Source: Rubricoccaceae bacterium (GTDB taxonomy: Bacteria; Bacteroidota; Rhodothermia; Rhodothermales; Rubricoccaceae). From it: a stretch of 45,041 nt of DNA. Positions 35,041 through 44,900 of this stretch are shown here, piece after piece; the stretch's first letter is position 1, and every line of letters starts with the position of its first letter. The stretch covers positions 1-45,041 of the forward strand of contig JBBKWZ010000034.1 in NCBI GenBank assembly GCA_037969195.1. Direction: 5' to 3'. Under the pieces are notes generated by a model that ran no database searches, was not told the origin of the DNA, and was given only the letters and a program-made list of their open reading frames with translations. The translations under genes were made by a program, and so were the position numbers.

Positions 35041-37320
35041 CTACTCTTCAAATCGATAGACTCCATAGATTCCGTCGAGCCTGGCCAGCCGCTGCATGAT
35101 GCGACGAAGCTGCTTAAGGTCGCTCACAAATATTACGACCGTGCCTTCAAAGAGGCCGTCCTCGCTCTCGACTGTAATCGAACGGATGTTGGTTTTGAGA
35201 CTCTTGGAGATGACCGTAGTGATGTCGCTCACAATGCCCACTCGGTCCTCGCCAACAATGCGCAGCGCCGCGACAAACTGAACGTCCTTCTGGCGACTCC
35301 ATTCGACCTGAATGATTCGCTCGGCGTGATCCAGCAACAGATTGGGCGCATTCTTGCAAGTCACCCGATGGATTTTGACTTTGCCAGTTTTGGAAACGTA
35401 GCCAAAGACATCGTCTCCCGGAATTGCGTTGCAGCAAGGCGCGTACTTGACAGCCATGTCCGTATGTCGCTCACCATCGATGATGAGCGCGGTCCTTCCC
35501 ACCTCCTGCGCATCGGCGGCGAACTGCTCAAACTCCAGCCGAGCAGCTGAGTCCGCCGTCCCCTCCTCAGCTCCCGGACGGTCTGCTCCCTTCTTAATGA
35601 ACCGAACAAACTCGTCTGCATCATAGAGCCCCGATCCGATCTCGAAGAATAACTGCTGGCTCGATGGAAATTTCAATCGGGACGAGGCGCGGTTGATGAG
35701 TTGTTCGTCCACTTCGATCTTCGCCCGGCGCATCTTGCGCTCCAGCGTTTCCCGCCCTGCGTCAACCGCTTTGCGGCGCTTCTCGTTCACCCAATGCCGG
35801 ATACGACTCCGCGCCTTGTGCGTCACCACGAACTTCATCCAGTCGGGGTTGGGCACCTGCTTTTTCGACGTTAGAATTTCTACCTGGTCACCAGAGGTCA
35901 GTACGTGCGACAGCGGCACCATCTTATTATTCGCCTTAGCGCCTATGCAGTTGAACCCAACGTGCGTGTGGATTTGGAATGCGAAATCGACCGGCGTGGC
36001 ACCCCTGGGAAGGGTTACCAGGTCTCCCTGGGGAGTGAATACATAGATTTCCTCATCGTAAAGGTTTAGATGGAATTCTTTGACGAACTCATCGGCGTCG
36101 TTTGCGCGAGGGTTTTCGAGGAGGTCGCGCACCCACGAATACATCGCATCAACTCTTGAATCTCGGCCAGAAGCATCGCCAGCGGGTGCGCCATCGCCCG
36201 ACGGGTCGCCCTCATCCTTGTATTTCCAGTGGGCCGCAACGCCGCGCTCCGCAATAGCGTGCATCTCGGCCGTGCGGATCTGGATCTCTACGGGCTTGCC
36301 GTCCTTACCAATTACCGTGGTATGCAGGCTTTGATAGCCATTCGATTTCGCGACGGAGATGAAATCGCGAAAGCGTTCAGGGAGGGGCTGGTATAGATCG
36401 GTAAGGATGGAATAAACCCGCCAGCAGTCCTCCCTCCCCTTTTTTCCTTCGCTCTGCAGAATGACGCGAATAGCAAACAGATCGTAAATCTCGTCGAGCT
36501 CCGTCTGTTGTTTCCGCATCTTCCTGAAGATGGAATAGATGCTTTTTGGCCGACCGTAGATCTCGAATTCGAATCCTGCTTCCTCTAGTTCCGTCCGGAT
36601 GGGTTCGATAAAGCCTTCGATGTATCGTTCCCGTTGCCGCCTTTTCGCTTTCAGTCCATCCGTGATGGATTTGTAGGCTTCAGGTTCCAAATATTTCAAG
36701 CTCAGATCTTCCAACTCACTCTTCACTTCATGAAGACCAAATCGGTGCGCGAGCGGCGCGAATAGATCCAGCGTATCCGCAGCAATCTTGAGCCTCTTTT
36801 CGAGCGGCAAGGAGTCCAGCGTCCGCATATTGTGGAGCCGGTCGGCAAACTTGACGAGGATCACGCGGATGTCGGTCGCCATGCTGAGCATCAGCTTCCG
36901 CACATTCTCCGCCCGTCCGAGCGCCCTGGTCGAAAAAACGTGGTCGATCTTGGTGACGCCATCCGTGATGTTGGCCACATCCTCTCCGAACTCCGATTCG
37001 ATTAGACCGAGCGAAAGGTCGGTGTCCTCTACCGTATCGTGGAGCAGCGCCGCGATGACCGTCGTATCGTCAAACCTTATATCCTGTGCAGCAATAAGCG
37101 CTACTTCCAGGGGATGTGAGATGTAGAGTTCGCCGGAGGCACGCCGATCGTCCCGATGCGCCCAGTACGCCACCTGAAATGCCCGACGGATTCGCTCCTC
37201 ATCCACGCTGGGCAAATTCCGCCGACAGTGCTCAATGAGCACGCGCAGCCGCCGGTCGTACTCCGAAGTCACTCGGAGATCGCGAAGCTGGTTGTTGAGA
37301 AAGGCGGATGCCTGGATCAT
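35041..37320 (-). CDS. rel: Bifunctional (p)ppGpp synthetase/hydrolase, RelA/SpoT homologue
   Basis: HD hydrolase motifs (HPLEVA...LLHDTVEDT), synthetase block (YQSLHTTV...EIQIRT), and TGS and ACT-like C-terminal regions. Confidence 0.95.
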   Translation of the reverse strand: MIQASAFLNNQLRDLRVTSEYDRRLRVLIEHCRRNLPSVDEERIRRAFQVAYWAHRDDRRASGELYISHPLEVALIAAQDIRFDDTTVIAALLHDTVEDTDLSLGLIESEFGEDVANITDGVTKIDHVFSTRALGRAENVRKLMLSMATDIRVILVKFADRLHNMRTLDSLPLEKRLKIAADTLDLFAPLAHRFGLHEVKSELEDLSLKYLEPEAYKSITDGLKAKRRQRERYIEGFIEPIRTELEEAGFEFEIYGRPKSIYSIFRKMRKQQTELDEIYDLFAIRVILQSEGKKGREDCWRVYSILTDLYQPLPERFRDFISVAKSNGYQSLHTTVIGKDGKPVEIQIRTAEMHAIAERGVAAHWKYKDEGDPSGDGAPAGDASGRDSRVDAMYSWVRDLLENPRANDADEFVKEFHLNLYDEEIYVFTPQGDLVTLPRGATPVDFAFQIHTHVGFNCIGAKANNKMVPLSHVLTSGDQVEILTSKKQVPNPDWMKFVVTHKARSRIRHWVNEKRRKAVDAGRETLERKMRRAKIEVDEQLINRASSRLKFPSSQQLFFEIGSGLYDADEFVRFIKKGADRPGAEEGTADSAARLEFEQFAADAQEVGRTALIIDGERHTDMAVKYAPCCNAIPGDDVFGYVSKTGKVKIHRVTCKNAPNLLLDHAERIIQVEWSRQKDVQFVAALRIVGEDRVGIVSDITTVISKSLKTNIRSITVESEDGLFEGTVVIFVSDLKQLRRIMQRLARLDGIYGVYRFEE

Positions 37321-37440
37321 CTGTGAGGTTTGTAGCAGATTCGAATGTTAACGAAACCGCCGCCGGGTGTTCCATGCGGGTGTTTACCGAATCAGCTATT
37401 GGGCATTCCTACATTTCCCAGCAAACTTCGCTCGCCAGTC

Positions 37441-37917
37441 ATGCGTTCTCTCCTTCCATGCCTGAATGTGTTGTCCGTCGGATGCCGAGGCAGCCTTCTC
37501 AATCCCTACGACGATCAACAGAAACCGCAAATTGAGGTTCACCACGCTGTCGCGACTGATCCACCGGTCATCACGTGGACACCTCCAGACGCAGCATGGG
37601 TTGAGGTTCGTGACAAGGAAATCAACCGCGTGATGTGGCGCATCGAACAGGGTGGCGGACCCCGCGGCCCAAACCCTGTCCGTTCGCCGCTCATCTACGG
37701 GACAGGAATCAAAGGAGACATCAACCCGCCCGACAATGCAGAGCCAAAGCTGGTCGCTGGCCCTGAACCGCTCGGTCCTGATCGGGTCTATACAGTCACC
37801 GTGCATTGCGTTGACCAGCGATCTCTGGAATCCGGTGGAAGATTTACCCGTGTGCGCCCAAACTCATACGAAACTACGGTCGAGTTCAGAACATCGAATA
37901 CAATCCCAATGGATTGA
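37441..37917 (+). CDS. Hypothetical lipoprotein
   Basis: MRSLLPCLNVLSVGC lipobox-like N-terminus. I recognised no family. Start moved to ATG 37441. Confidence 0.5.
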   Translation: MRSLLPCLNVLSVGCRGSLLNPYDDQQKPQIEVHHAVATDPPVITWTPPDAAWVEVRDKEINRVMWRIEQGGGPRGPNPVRSPLIYGTGIKGDINPPDNAEPKLVAGPEPLGPDRVYTVTVHCVDQRSLESGGRFTRVRPNSYETTVEFRTSNTIPMD

Positions 37918-37919
37918 CG

Positions 37920-38258
37920 TTACTTCGGCGGGAGAGACTCGGCATTCGCAACGCCTCGCCCAACCCATGAGGCCAGATCTTCGTCCGATTCGAAGCCGGA
38001 CGGTTCAACGTACACCATGCCTTTCATTGTCCGCCCGGTGAAGTCCATTTCCCGAGTATGTGGTTGCGCCATGGCGTCGGCATATCCGTCCTGACCTACG
38101 CGCACCATGATCTCTTCGTGTTTGTTGCTCATGACTCCACATGTCATGTGGCCCCTAACCATGAAACAGAGGCCACCGAACATTTTTTTCTCGGCTACAT
38201 CCGTGCGGTGAGCCAGTGCTTCGCGCATGCGCTGCGCGAGTCCTTCGTCGTAAGCCAT
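37920..38258 (-). CDS. TfoX/Sxy N-terminal domain protein
   Basis: AEKKMFGGLCFMVRGHMTCGV...MVRV...MKGMVYVEP fits TfoX_N. Confidence 0.78.
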   Translation of the reverse strand: MAYDEGLAQRMREALAHRTDVAEKKMFGGLCFMVRGHMTCGVMSNKHEEIMVRVGQDGYADAMAQPHTREMDFTGRTMKGMVYVEPSGFESDEDLASWVGRGVANAESLPPK

Positions 38259-38301
38259 AGTTGCAGATACGTGTTGGTAGCTACCTAAGATCGCTACACC
38301 G

Positions 38302-39123
38302 TCAGTTTGCGAGCCACTTTGCGTATAACTCCGGCCTTCGATCTCTCAAAAAAAGCCGCTTCGCGTGCGAACGCTCAACTTCTTGAAGGTCCAGATCGGC
38401 GTAGAGGATTTCTTCATTGCCTGATCCGGCACGCGCAATCACTTCCCCAGAGGGATTGCAGACGAACGATTCGCCAGCAAACGCCAGCTTGTCTTCCCTA
38501 CCGACGCGGTTGCACAGTGCCGTAAACACGCCGTTCTGGAAAGCCGAGACGCGCAATTCAGCCTCATACAGACCATCCGGCCATTCCCCAACTGTTCCAG
38601 CTTGCGGCACGACAATGACTTCTGCACCCGCGAGAGTCAGCGCTCTCATGTATTCAGGAAAGTGCCGGTCGTAGCAGATCGCTACGCCAATTCTGCCCGC
38701 GGATGTCTCGTAGACAGGTGCCCCTCTGTCGCCCGGGGCGTAATAATCGGTCTCGTGAAAGCCCTCATAGTCCGTGATGTGGACCATCCTCGTGATGCCG
38801 AGCAACGTCCCGTCCGAGTCGATTACAGGAGAAGTGTCAAACGTCTTGTCTCTTGATCGCTCGAAGAGGTTGAGGACCACCACAATGCTAAGTTCTTTTG
38901 CCAACGCCGCGAAAGCGTTTGTCACAACACCTGGAATGGTTTCGGCCTTGGCGAGCGTTTCCGACGTGGCGTGGCGTTGTGGATAGAACGGTTCGAATGC
39001 CAGTTCGGCAAAACAGACGACCTCGGCACCGTTCGCGGCTGCCTCACGGACAGCAGCTAGCCCCTTCCGCCGATTGGCTTCAAGGTCCTCGGTTGCTTTC
39101 TGCTGGACGAGTGCAATGCGCAT
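38302..39123 (-). CDS. Carbon-nitrogen hydrolase (nitrilase superfamily) protein with Met at the expected catalytic Lys position
   Basis: MRIALVQQ...VVCFAELAF (Glu40), GITRMVHITD (expected YRKxH, so Met113), IGVAICYDRHFPE (Cys150). Confidence 0.88.
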   Translation of the reverse strand: MRIALVQQKATEDLEANRRKGLAAVREAAANGAEVVCFAELAFEPFYPQRHATSETLAKAETIPGVVTNAFAALAKELSIVVVLNLFERSRDKTFDTSPVIDSDGTLLGITRMVHITDYEGFHETDYYAPGDRGAPVYETSAGRIGVAICYDRHFPEYMRALTLAGAEVIVVPQAGTVGEWPDGLYEAELRVSAFQNGVFTALCNRVGREDKLAFAGESFVCNPSGEVIARAGSGNEEILYADLDLQEVERSHAKRLFLRDRRPELYAKWLAN

Positions 39124-39126
39124 GGC

Positions 39127-39996
39127 TCAGGCGGCGATAGGTTGGCGCATTCGCTCATCGAACGCGCGGGCAAACCGCTCGGCGGACAGAGGGTCCATTC
39201 GGAAGTACAGCGCCGGTTCAATGAGTTCTAGTTCCATCAAAAGAAACGTAGACCCATCGCGGACGAAATCGGCACGGGCGTAGAGGAGGTTCGGGAGGTT
39301 GGCGATGGCGCGCTGCCCGGCGTCCAGCAATTCGGGTTCTGGAACAACGGCCTGGATAATCCCGCCGTGCTCCTCCTGCACCCTAAAATCTCCCTTCTCG
39401 GGCGTTTTCAGGATGGTATGGCTGTAATGCCGATTGAAGTAGAACAATGAAAATTCGCCCTCGTCAATCACGTTCCGGAGGAACGGTTGGACCATATAAG
39501 CGCGTGCTGCAAAGACATCCTGCAACTCAGGCATGTGTTTTTGCAAGCTCTTTTTCGTCAGCCAGTACGTGTGTTGCGCATTCGCGCTTACGATGGGTTT
39601 GACGATGAACTCATCCGCGGAAAAAGCTTCGACATGGATGGGGATATCGAGCGCCGTACCAGGCTCTCCCCAACGTGTCGGGACGATTGCGACGCCTTGA
39701 TCTTGAATCTCGCGCAAGTAGGTCTTCGGGAGGTTCCAGCGAACGATCGGCAACGGATTCTCCAGCTTCGTTACCCGTTCGATATCGACGAGCACCTTGA
39801 GGAATTCGTCCGGCGCAGCCTGGTAATCCCACGGCGTTCGGATAACCACCGAGTCGAAACGACTCCAATCGTCGTCAGCTCGCCACGAGACGGATTCGAC
39901 TTCCCAGCCCAGATTTTTCAACGGATCTATCGCGAGATCGTCGTCAAAGACGAACTCGTCGAGGGAGTCCATTGAAAGGAAAGCAATGCGGCGCAT
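39127..39996 (-). CDS. ATP-grasp domain protein (RimK / glutathione-synthetase-like ligase fold)
   Basis: KGDFRVQEEHGG and ARADFVRDGSTFLLMELELIEPAL resemble RimK GDFRSNLHRGG and AGVDIL...LVMEVNASPGL. Its stop lies 3 nt upstream of the C-N hydrolase start. Confidence 0.75.
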   Translation of the reverse strand: MRRIAFLSMDSLDEFVFDDDLAIDPLKNLGWEVESVSWRADDDWSRFDSVVIRTPWDYQAAPDEFLKVLVDIERVTKLENPLPIVRWNLPKTYLREIQDQGVAIVPTRWGEPGTALDIPIHVEAFSADEFIVKPIVSANAQHTYWLTKKSLQKHMPELQDVFAARAYMVQPFLRNVIDEGEFSLFYFNRHYSHTILKTPEKGDFRVQEEHGGIIQAVVPEPELLDAGQRAIANLPNLLYARADFVRDGSTFLLMELELIEPALYFRMDPLSAERFARAFDERMRQPIAA

Positions 39997-40132
39997 GTAC
40001 AGCTAGTCGTTCGGGGCGACGTGAAGAAGGTACTCGCGATCATGCGACGAACTTTGCCTCCGCATGTCCATCGTCTCCCAGCCTGAATGGCCCGTAGCCG
40101 AAGAACTCTGAGGATGAGACTGCCGGTTCGTT

Positions 40133-41836
40133 CTAGGAACTCCCAATCAACTCCTTCGCACTCTCAAGCGCAGCTTCGCTAACGCTGTCACCGCTTAGAA
40201 GGCTGGCAATGTGTTCGGCTCGCTCGGACTCGGAGAGACGCCGGATCTGCGTCTTCGTCCGGTCGCCGTCGATGGCTTTTTCAACGACGAAGTGCGTGTC
40301 GCCCAGCGATGCGATTTGTGGGAGGTGGGTGATAGCGATGATCTGGTGGAATTGCGCAAGGCGGTGCATGGTCTCGCCCGCGCGGCGTGCGATGGCTCCA
40401 GAAATACCTGCGTCTATCTCGTCAAAGACAAGGATGGGCAGGCGCTCGCTCTTCGCAAGGATGGCTTTTAGACCAAGCATGATGCGGCTTATTTCCCCTC
40501 CGGAGGCCACTTTGGCAAGAGGCTTCGGCTCCTCACCGAGGTTCGCGGATATGAAAAACTCCAAGACGTCTACACCCGACTGGGAGGCCATCATCGGCGA
40601 TCCGCCTGGAAACGTGACCCAGCCATCATCAACTTCTCGCAAGCCGAACTGCACCACAAACTTCGCGTGTGGCATTCCGAGCGTTGCCAGTTCGATCCCG
40701 ATCATTTCCTCGATACGTTCGGCCACTTCGTGGCGCTTTTGCGAGAGCCGATAGGCAACCTGCGAAAGTTTTATCTGGGCCTCCGCAATTCGCTCGTTGA
40801 TGCGGGCGATCGCGCCTTCGAAGTTGGCGGCCAACTCATACGTCTTTCCGATTCGCTCACGGTGCAGCAAAACGGCGTCAATAGTTCCGCCGTACTTGCG
40901 AGCGAGGAAGTCCAGTTCACCAAGTCGTTCGCGGACCTCGTCCAGCCTTTCCGGATTGAACTCGACTCGCGAGTTGTAGTCCTGAAGGAACTGCGTCGCC
41001 TCCTTCAAGATGATCTCTGCCGAACGCACTTCGCCCATCGTTTCCTCGAACGTGGCATCGATCCGGGCGAGGTCCTGCAACTGATTTCGAACGATTACGA
41101 GTCGATCGTATAGCGCATCGTCGCTCTCGGCTAGGATGGCGTACAGGTGCCCCGTTGCTTCGTAGAGCTTTTCCGCGTTCTCCAGAATTCGCCGCTCGGC
41201 TTCCAGCTCATCCTGCTCGCCCAGGCGCGGTTCGGCGCGGTCAATTTCCTCGATCTGGAATTCGACCAGTTCTTTCTGCCGCCGCAGATCTTCCTCCTGA
41301 CGAGCGAGTTCATCGCGCTCTTTTCGAAAGTCGGCCACGGTTCGATAGTGGTTGCGGTACGTATCTACCAATCCGCCCAGGCCACCGAAATTGTCGAGGA
41401 GCCCCACGTGTGTCTCCGCCTTCAACAACGATTGGTGCTCATGTTGGCCGTGTAAATCAATGGTGTGCCCGGCCACTTCGCGGAGGACATCCAGCGTGGT
41501 TGGCGTGTCGTTGATGAACGCGCGACTGTGGTTCGCCGACACTTCGCGGCGGACGATGAGGACGCCGTTCTCAGTCGGGTCGATGTCGTGTGAACGGAGC
41601 ACCTCTGGCAGCAGCCCTTCGTCGGCACTATCAAAAAGGCCCTCTACGACAGCCTTTTTTGCGCCGGTTCTGATCGCCTCCTTCGACGCTCTTTCTCCCA
41701 AAAGCAGCCCCAACGCTCCCAGGAGGATGCTTTTGCCCGCACCGGTCTCACCGGTGATGATATTCAAGCCACTATCGAACTCGACATCGAGCTCTTCAAT
41801 TAGAGCGTAATCTCGAATGGAGAGGGAGCGGAGCAT
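40133..41836 (-). CDS. recN: DNA repair protein RecN
   Basis: MLRSLSIRDYALIEELDVEFDSGLNIITGETGAGKSILLGAL, a long coiled-coil region, SGGEISRIMLGLK and VFDEIDAGISG. Confidence 0.95.
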   Translation of the reverse strand: MLRSLSIRDYALIEELDVEFDSGLNIITGETGAGKSILLGALGLLLGERASKEAIRTGAKKAVVEGLFDSADEGLLPEVLRSHDIDPTENGVLIVRREVSANHSRAFINDTPTTLDVLREVAGHTIDLHGQHEHQSLLKAETHVGLLDNFGGLGGLVDTYRNHYRTVADFRKERDELARQEEDLRRQKELVEFQIEEIDRAEPRLGEQDELEAERRILENAEKLYEATGHLYAILAESDDALYDRLVIVRNQLQDLARIDATFEETMGEVRSAEIILKEATQFLQDYNSRVEFNPERLDEVRERLGELDFLARKYGGTIDAVLLHRERIGKTYELAANFEGAIARINERIAEAQIKLSQVAYRLSQKRHEVAERIEEMIGIELATLGMPHAKFVVQFGLREVDDGWVTFPGGSPMMASQSGVDVLEFFISANLGEEPKPLAKVASGGEISRIMLGLKAILAKSERLPILVFDEIDAGISGAIARRAGETMHRLAQFHQIIAITHLPQIASLGDTHFVVEKAIDGDRTKTQIRRLSESERAEHIASLLSGDSVSEAALESAKELIGSS

Positions 41837-41929
41837 CGGGCATGGAAGAATGGGAGCGTGAGGGTGTAGAACGAGGAGGAGGGAGTCTCCTCACACGATC
41901 ACGTCCCTGGACGCTCACACCCAGCCGGG

Positions 41930-44900
41930 CTACGCCCGGCCGTGGCAGTGTTTGTACTTCTTTCCGGAACCACAAGGGCACGCGTCGTTTCGGCCCACGC
42001 GGTCGCCAGCAACAACTGGCGCGGCGCGCGCAGTCGGGTCGCGATCCGCCGAGCTTTGGTTACCGTTTCCTCCGATTTTGACGGAGTAGTCCTGTCCCGA
42101 TGCATGTTCCGTGTTCGCGCGACTCCGATCAAGGCGAGCGCGAGGTGCGGCCGGAGCTGCCTTTTTGGCACCGCCTCGATCGACGATCGGGCCTGCCTTA
42201 AATACCAATCCGACTACCTCTTCGTCGATCTCCTCTATCAGCGTTTTGAACAGACTGAACGCCTCCATCTTGTATTCGATGAGAGGATCCTTCTGTCCAT
42301 ACGCACGCAGCCCTACGCCCTCTTTTACTTCGTCGAGATCACGCAGGTGGTCAACCCATTTCGAGTCGATAACCGAAAGCACGGCTGCGCGCTCGAGAGC
42401 ATCGTTGATTTCCTGCCCTTCGGATTCGAGAACGTCATCCGGTGCCACGGTCGCCCGCAGCATCCGACGTCCGTCGGAAAAGTCCACGTACAGCTTCTTG
42501 GGGCTGTTCTCAGGGTCAGCCTGCTCCATCATCTGCTTCGCAGAACGGTAAAACGGCGTCGACAGCGAAGCGCGCTTTCGGCGGTAGTGCGCGGTGGATT
42601 CGTCTAGAATCCGCTCAATCAATCCTTCCTCGCCGAGGTTGAAGGCCTCTTCCTTATCGACCTGCAGATCGAACGCGATATGACGGAGAAGGTCTTCGCG
42701 GATTTCGTCGATGTCGCCGTTGCCGAAATGCTGGGCCACGGTGCGCGAAACGAACTCGCGAAGCATGTCGAGAATGTCGCCTTGCAGGCGTTCGCCAAGA
42801 AGGGCGTGGATTCGCCGGTCGTAGATGACCTCGCGTTGGCTGTTGAGCACGTCGTCGTACTCGAGCTGCCGCTTGCGAATGCCAAAGTTGTTCTGTTCAA
42901 CCTTCGACTGCGCCTTCTCGATGCCCTTCGTAATCCACTTGTGTGTAATGACCTCGTCTTCTCCCATCCCAAGACGGTCCATGATGCGCGCTGTGCGGTC
43001 GTGGCCAAAAAGCCTCATCAGGTCGTCTTCCAGCGAGACGTAAAAGACAGACTCGCCGGGGTCGCCCTGCCGACCAGAGCGACCGCGCAACTGGAGGTCA
43101 ATGCGGCGGGACTCGTGGCGTTCCGTGCCGATGATCGCAAGGCCGCCCAACTCCGTGACACCGTCGGCTAGCTTGATGTCCGTACCGCGGCCAGCCATGT
43201 TCGTAGCAATCGTGACGGCTCCCTTCTGGCCCGCTTCGGCTACGATCTGGGCCTCAGCCTGCGCGCGGCTCGACTTCGCGTTCAGTACGTTGTGCTTGAT
43301 TTTCGCTCGCTGAAGCATTCGCGAGACCGTTTCCGACACTTCCACCGAAGTCGTGCCTACCAGGACTGGCTGGCCTTTCTGATGGTATTCGTTGATTCGG
43401 TCGAGCACGGCACGGTATTTCGCGCGTTTCGTCTTGTAGACCAGATCCTCGTCGTCGGCGCGAACAATTGGCCTGTTCGTCGGGATGACGATCGTTGGCA
43501 AATCGTAAATCTTGTGGAACTCCTCGGCTTCGGTCTCAGCCGTACCGGTCATGCCCGAGAGCTTCGAGTAGAGCCGGAAGTAGTTCTGGATCGTGATGGT
43601 CGCATAGGTCTGTGTCGCGGCCTGGACTTTTACTTTCTCTTTCGCTTCGATCGCCTGATGAAGACCATCGGAGTAACGCCGACCAGAAAGGACGCGACCC
43701 GTGTGGATGTCGACGATCATCACTTTGTCGTCCTGCACGATGTATTCCACGTCCTTCTCGTAGAGCGTATAGCCTCTCAACAACTGGTTGACGGCGTGGA
43801 TATGCTCACTACGGTCTGAGAAACGTACGTACAACTCTCGTTTCGCATCCTCCATCTCATTCTTGAGAATGCCGAGGTCGTTCATCAGCTTGTGCTCTCG
43901 CTTCTCCTCGGTAAGGGATTCGTCTGCCTGGAGTGCATCGTAGAGCGCTTTCTTCTCCTGCTCATACTTCTTCTCAATCCCAGCGATCTCCTCACCGACG
44001 TCGGGGATAATGAAGAAGGAAATGTCAGAACCTGCCGCTTTCGCAATGTACTCGCGCCCCTGATCAGTCAACTCCAACTGCTGAAGTTTCTCGTCGAGGG
44101 CGAAGTGGAGAGGCTCATCCACCTCCGGCATGCGCTTTCCATTGTCCTGCAGATAGAAGAACTCGGTCTTTCGCACAAGCTGTTCAACGCCGGGCTCGCC
44201 CTTCATTTTTATCAGCTTCTTGCTACGCGGGTATCCACGATCCGCGCGCAGGAGCGCTAATCCAGCTTCTTCCTCAAGCTGGCGGGCTTTCTTCGATTCT
44301 CCCGCCTCGTTGGCTTTGTCGCGCTCGATTAGGAGCTGCTCGGCCTCCGAAACGAAGTGCGCCACGATCTTTTGCTGAGCGTAGACCAACTTGTCTACGT
44401 GAGGCTGTAATTCCTTGAAGCGGTCTTCGTCGCTCTGAGGAACGGGTCCTGAAATAATGAGCGGCGTCCGGGCTTCGTCGATTAGCACGGAGTCGACCTC
44501 ATCCACGATGGCGTAGTGATGACCCCGCTGGACAAGCTGTTCGGGATCCACAACAAACGAGTTGTCGCGGAGGTAGTCGAAGCCAAATTCGTTGTTGGTG
44601 CCGTAAGTGATGTCCGCACGGTAAGAGGCCCGGCGGCCGGTAGAGTGCGATTCGTGCCGGTCGATGCAGTCAACGGTGAGGCCGTGGAATTCGAAGATCG
44701 GGCCCATCCATTCCGCGTCGCGCATGGCCAGGTACGGGTTCACCGTCACCACGTGGACGCCCCGACCCACAAGTGCGTTCAAGTAGAGCGGCCCGACCGC
44801 GACAAGCGTTTTGCCCTCGCCCGTCTTCATCTCTGCCACCGATCCACGGTGCAGCACGGTTCCACCTATGAACTGAACATCGTAGGGAACCATCTGCCAC

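Noticed and set aside
41850-41885. Short hairpin GAGGAG-ggagt-CTCCTC downstream of secA as a terminator
   Set aside because: It has only a 6-bp stem and no U-rich tract on the transcribed (minus) strand.
41942-42607. 221-aa plus-strand ORF antisense to secA
   Set aside because: A shadow ORF of secA with no motifs.
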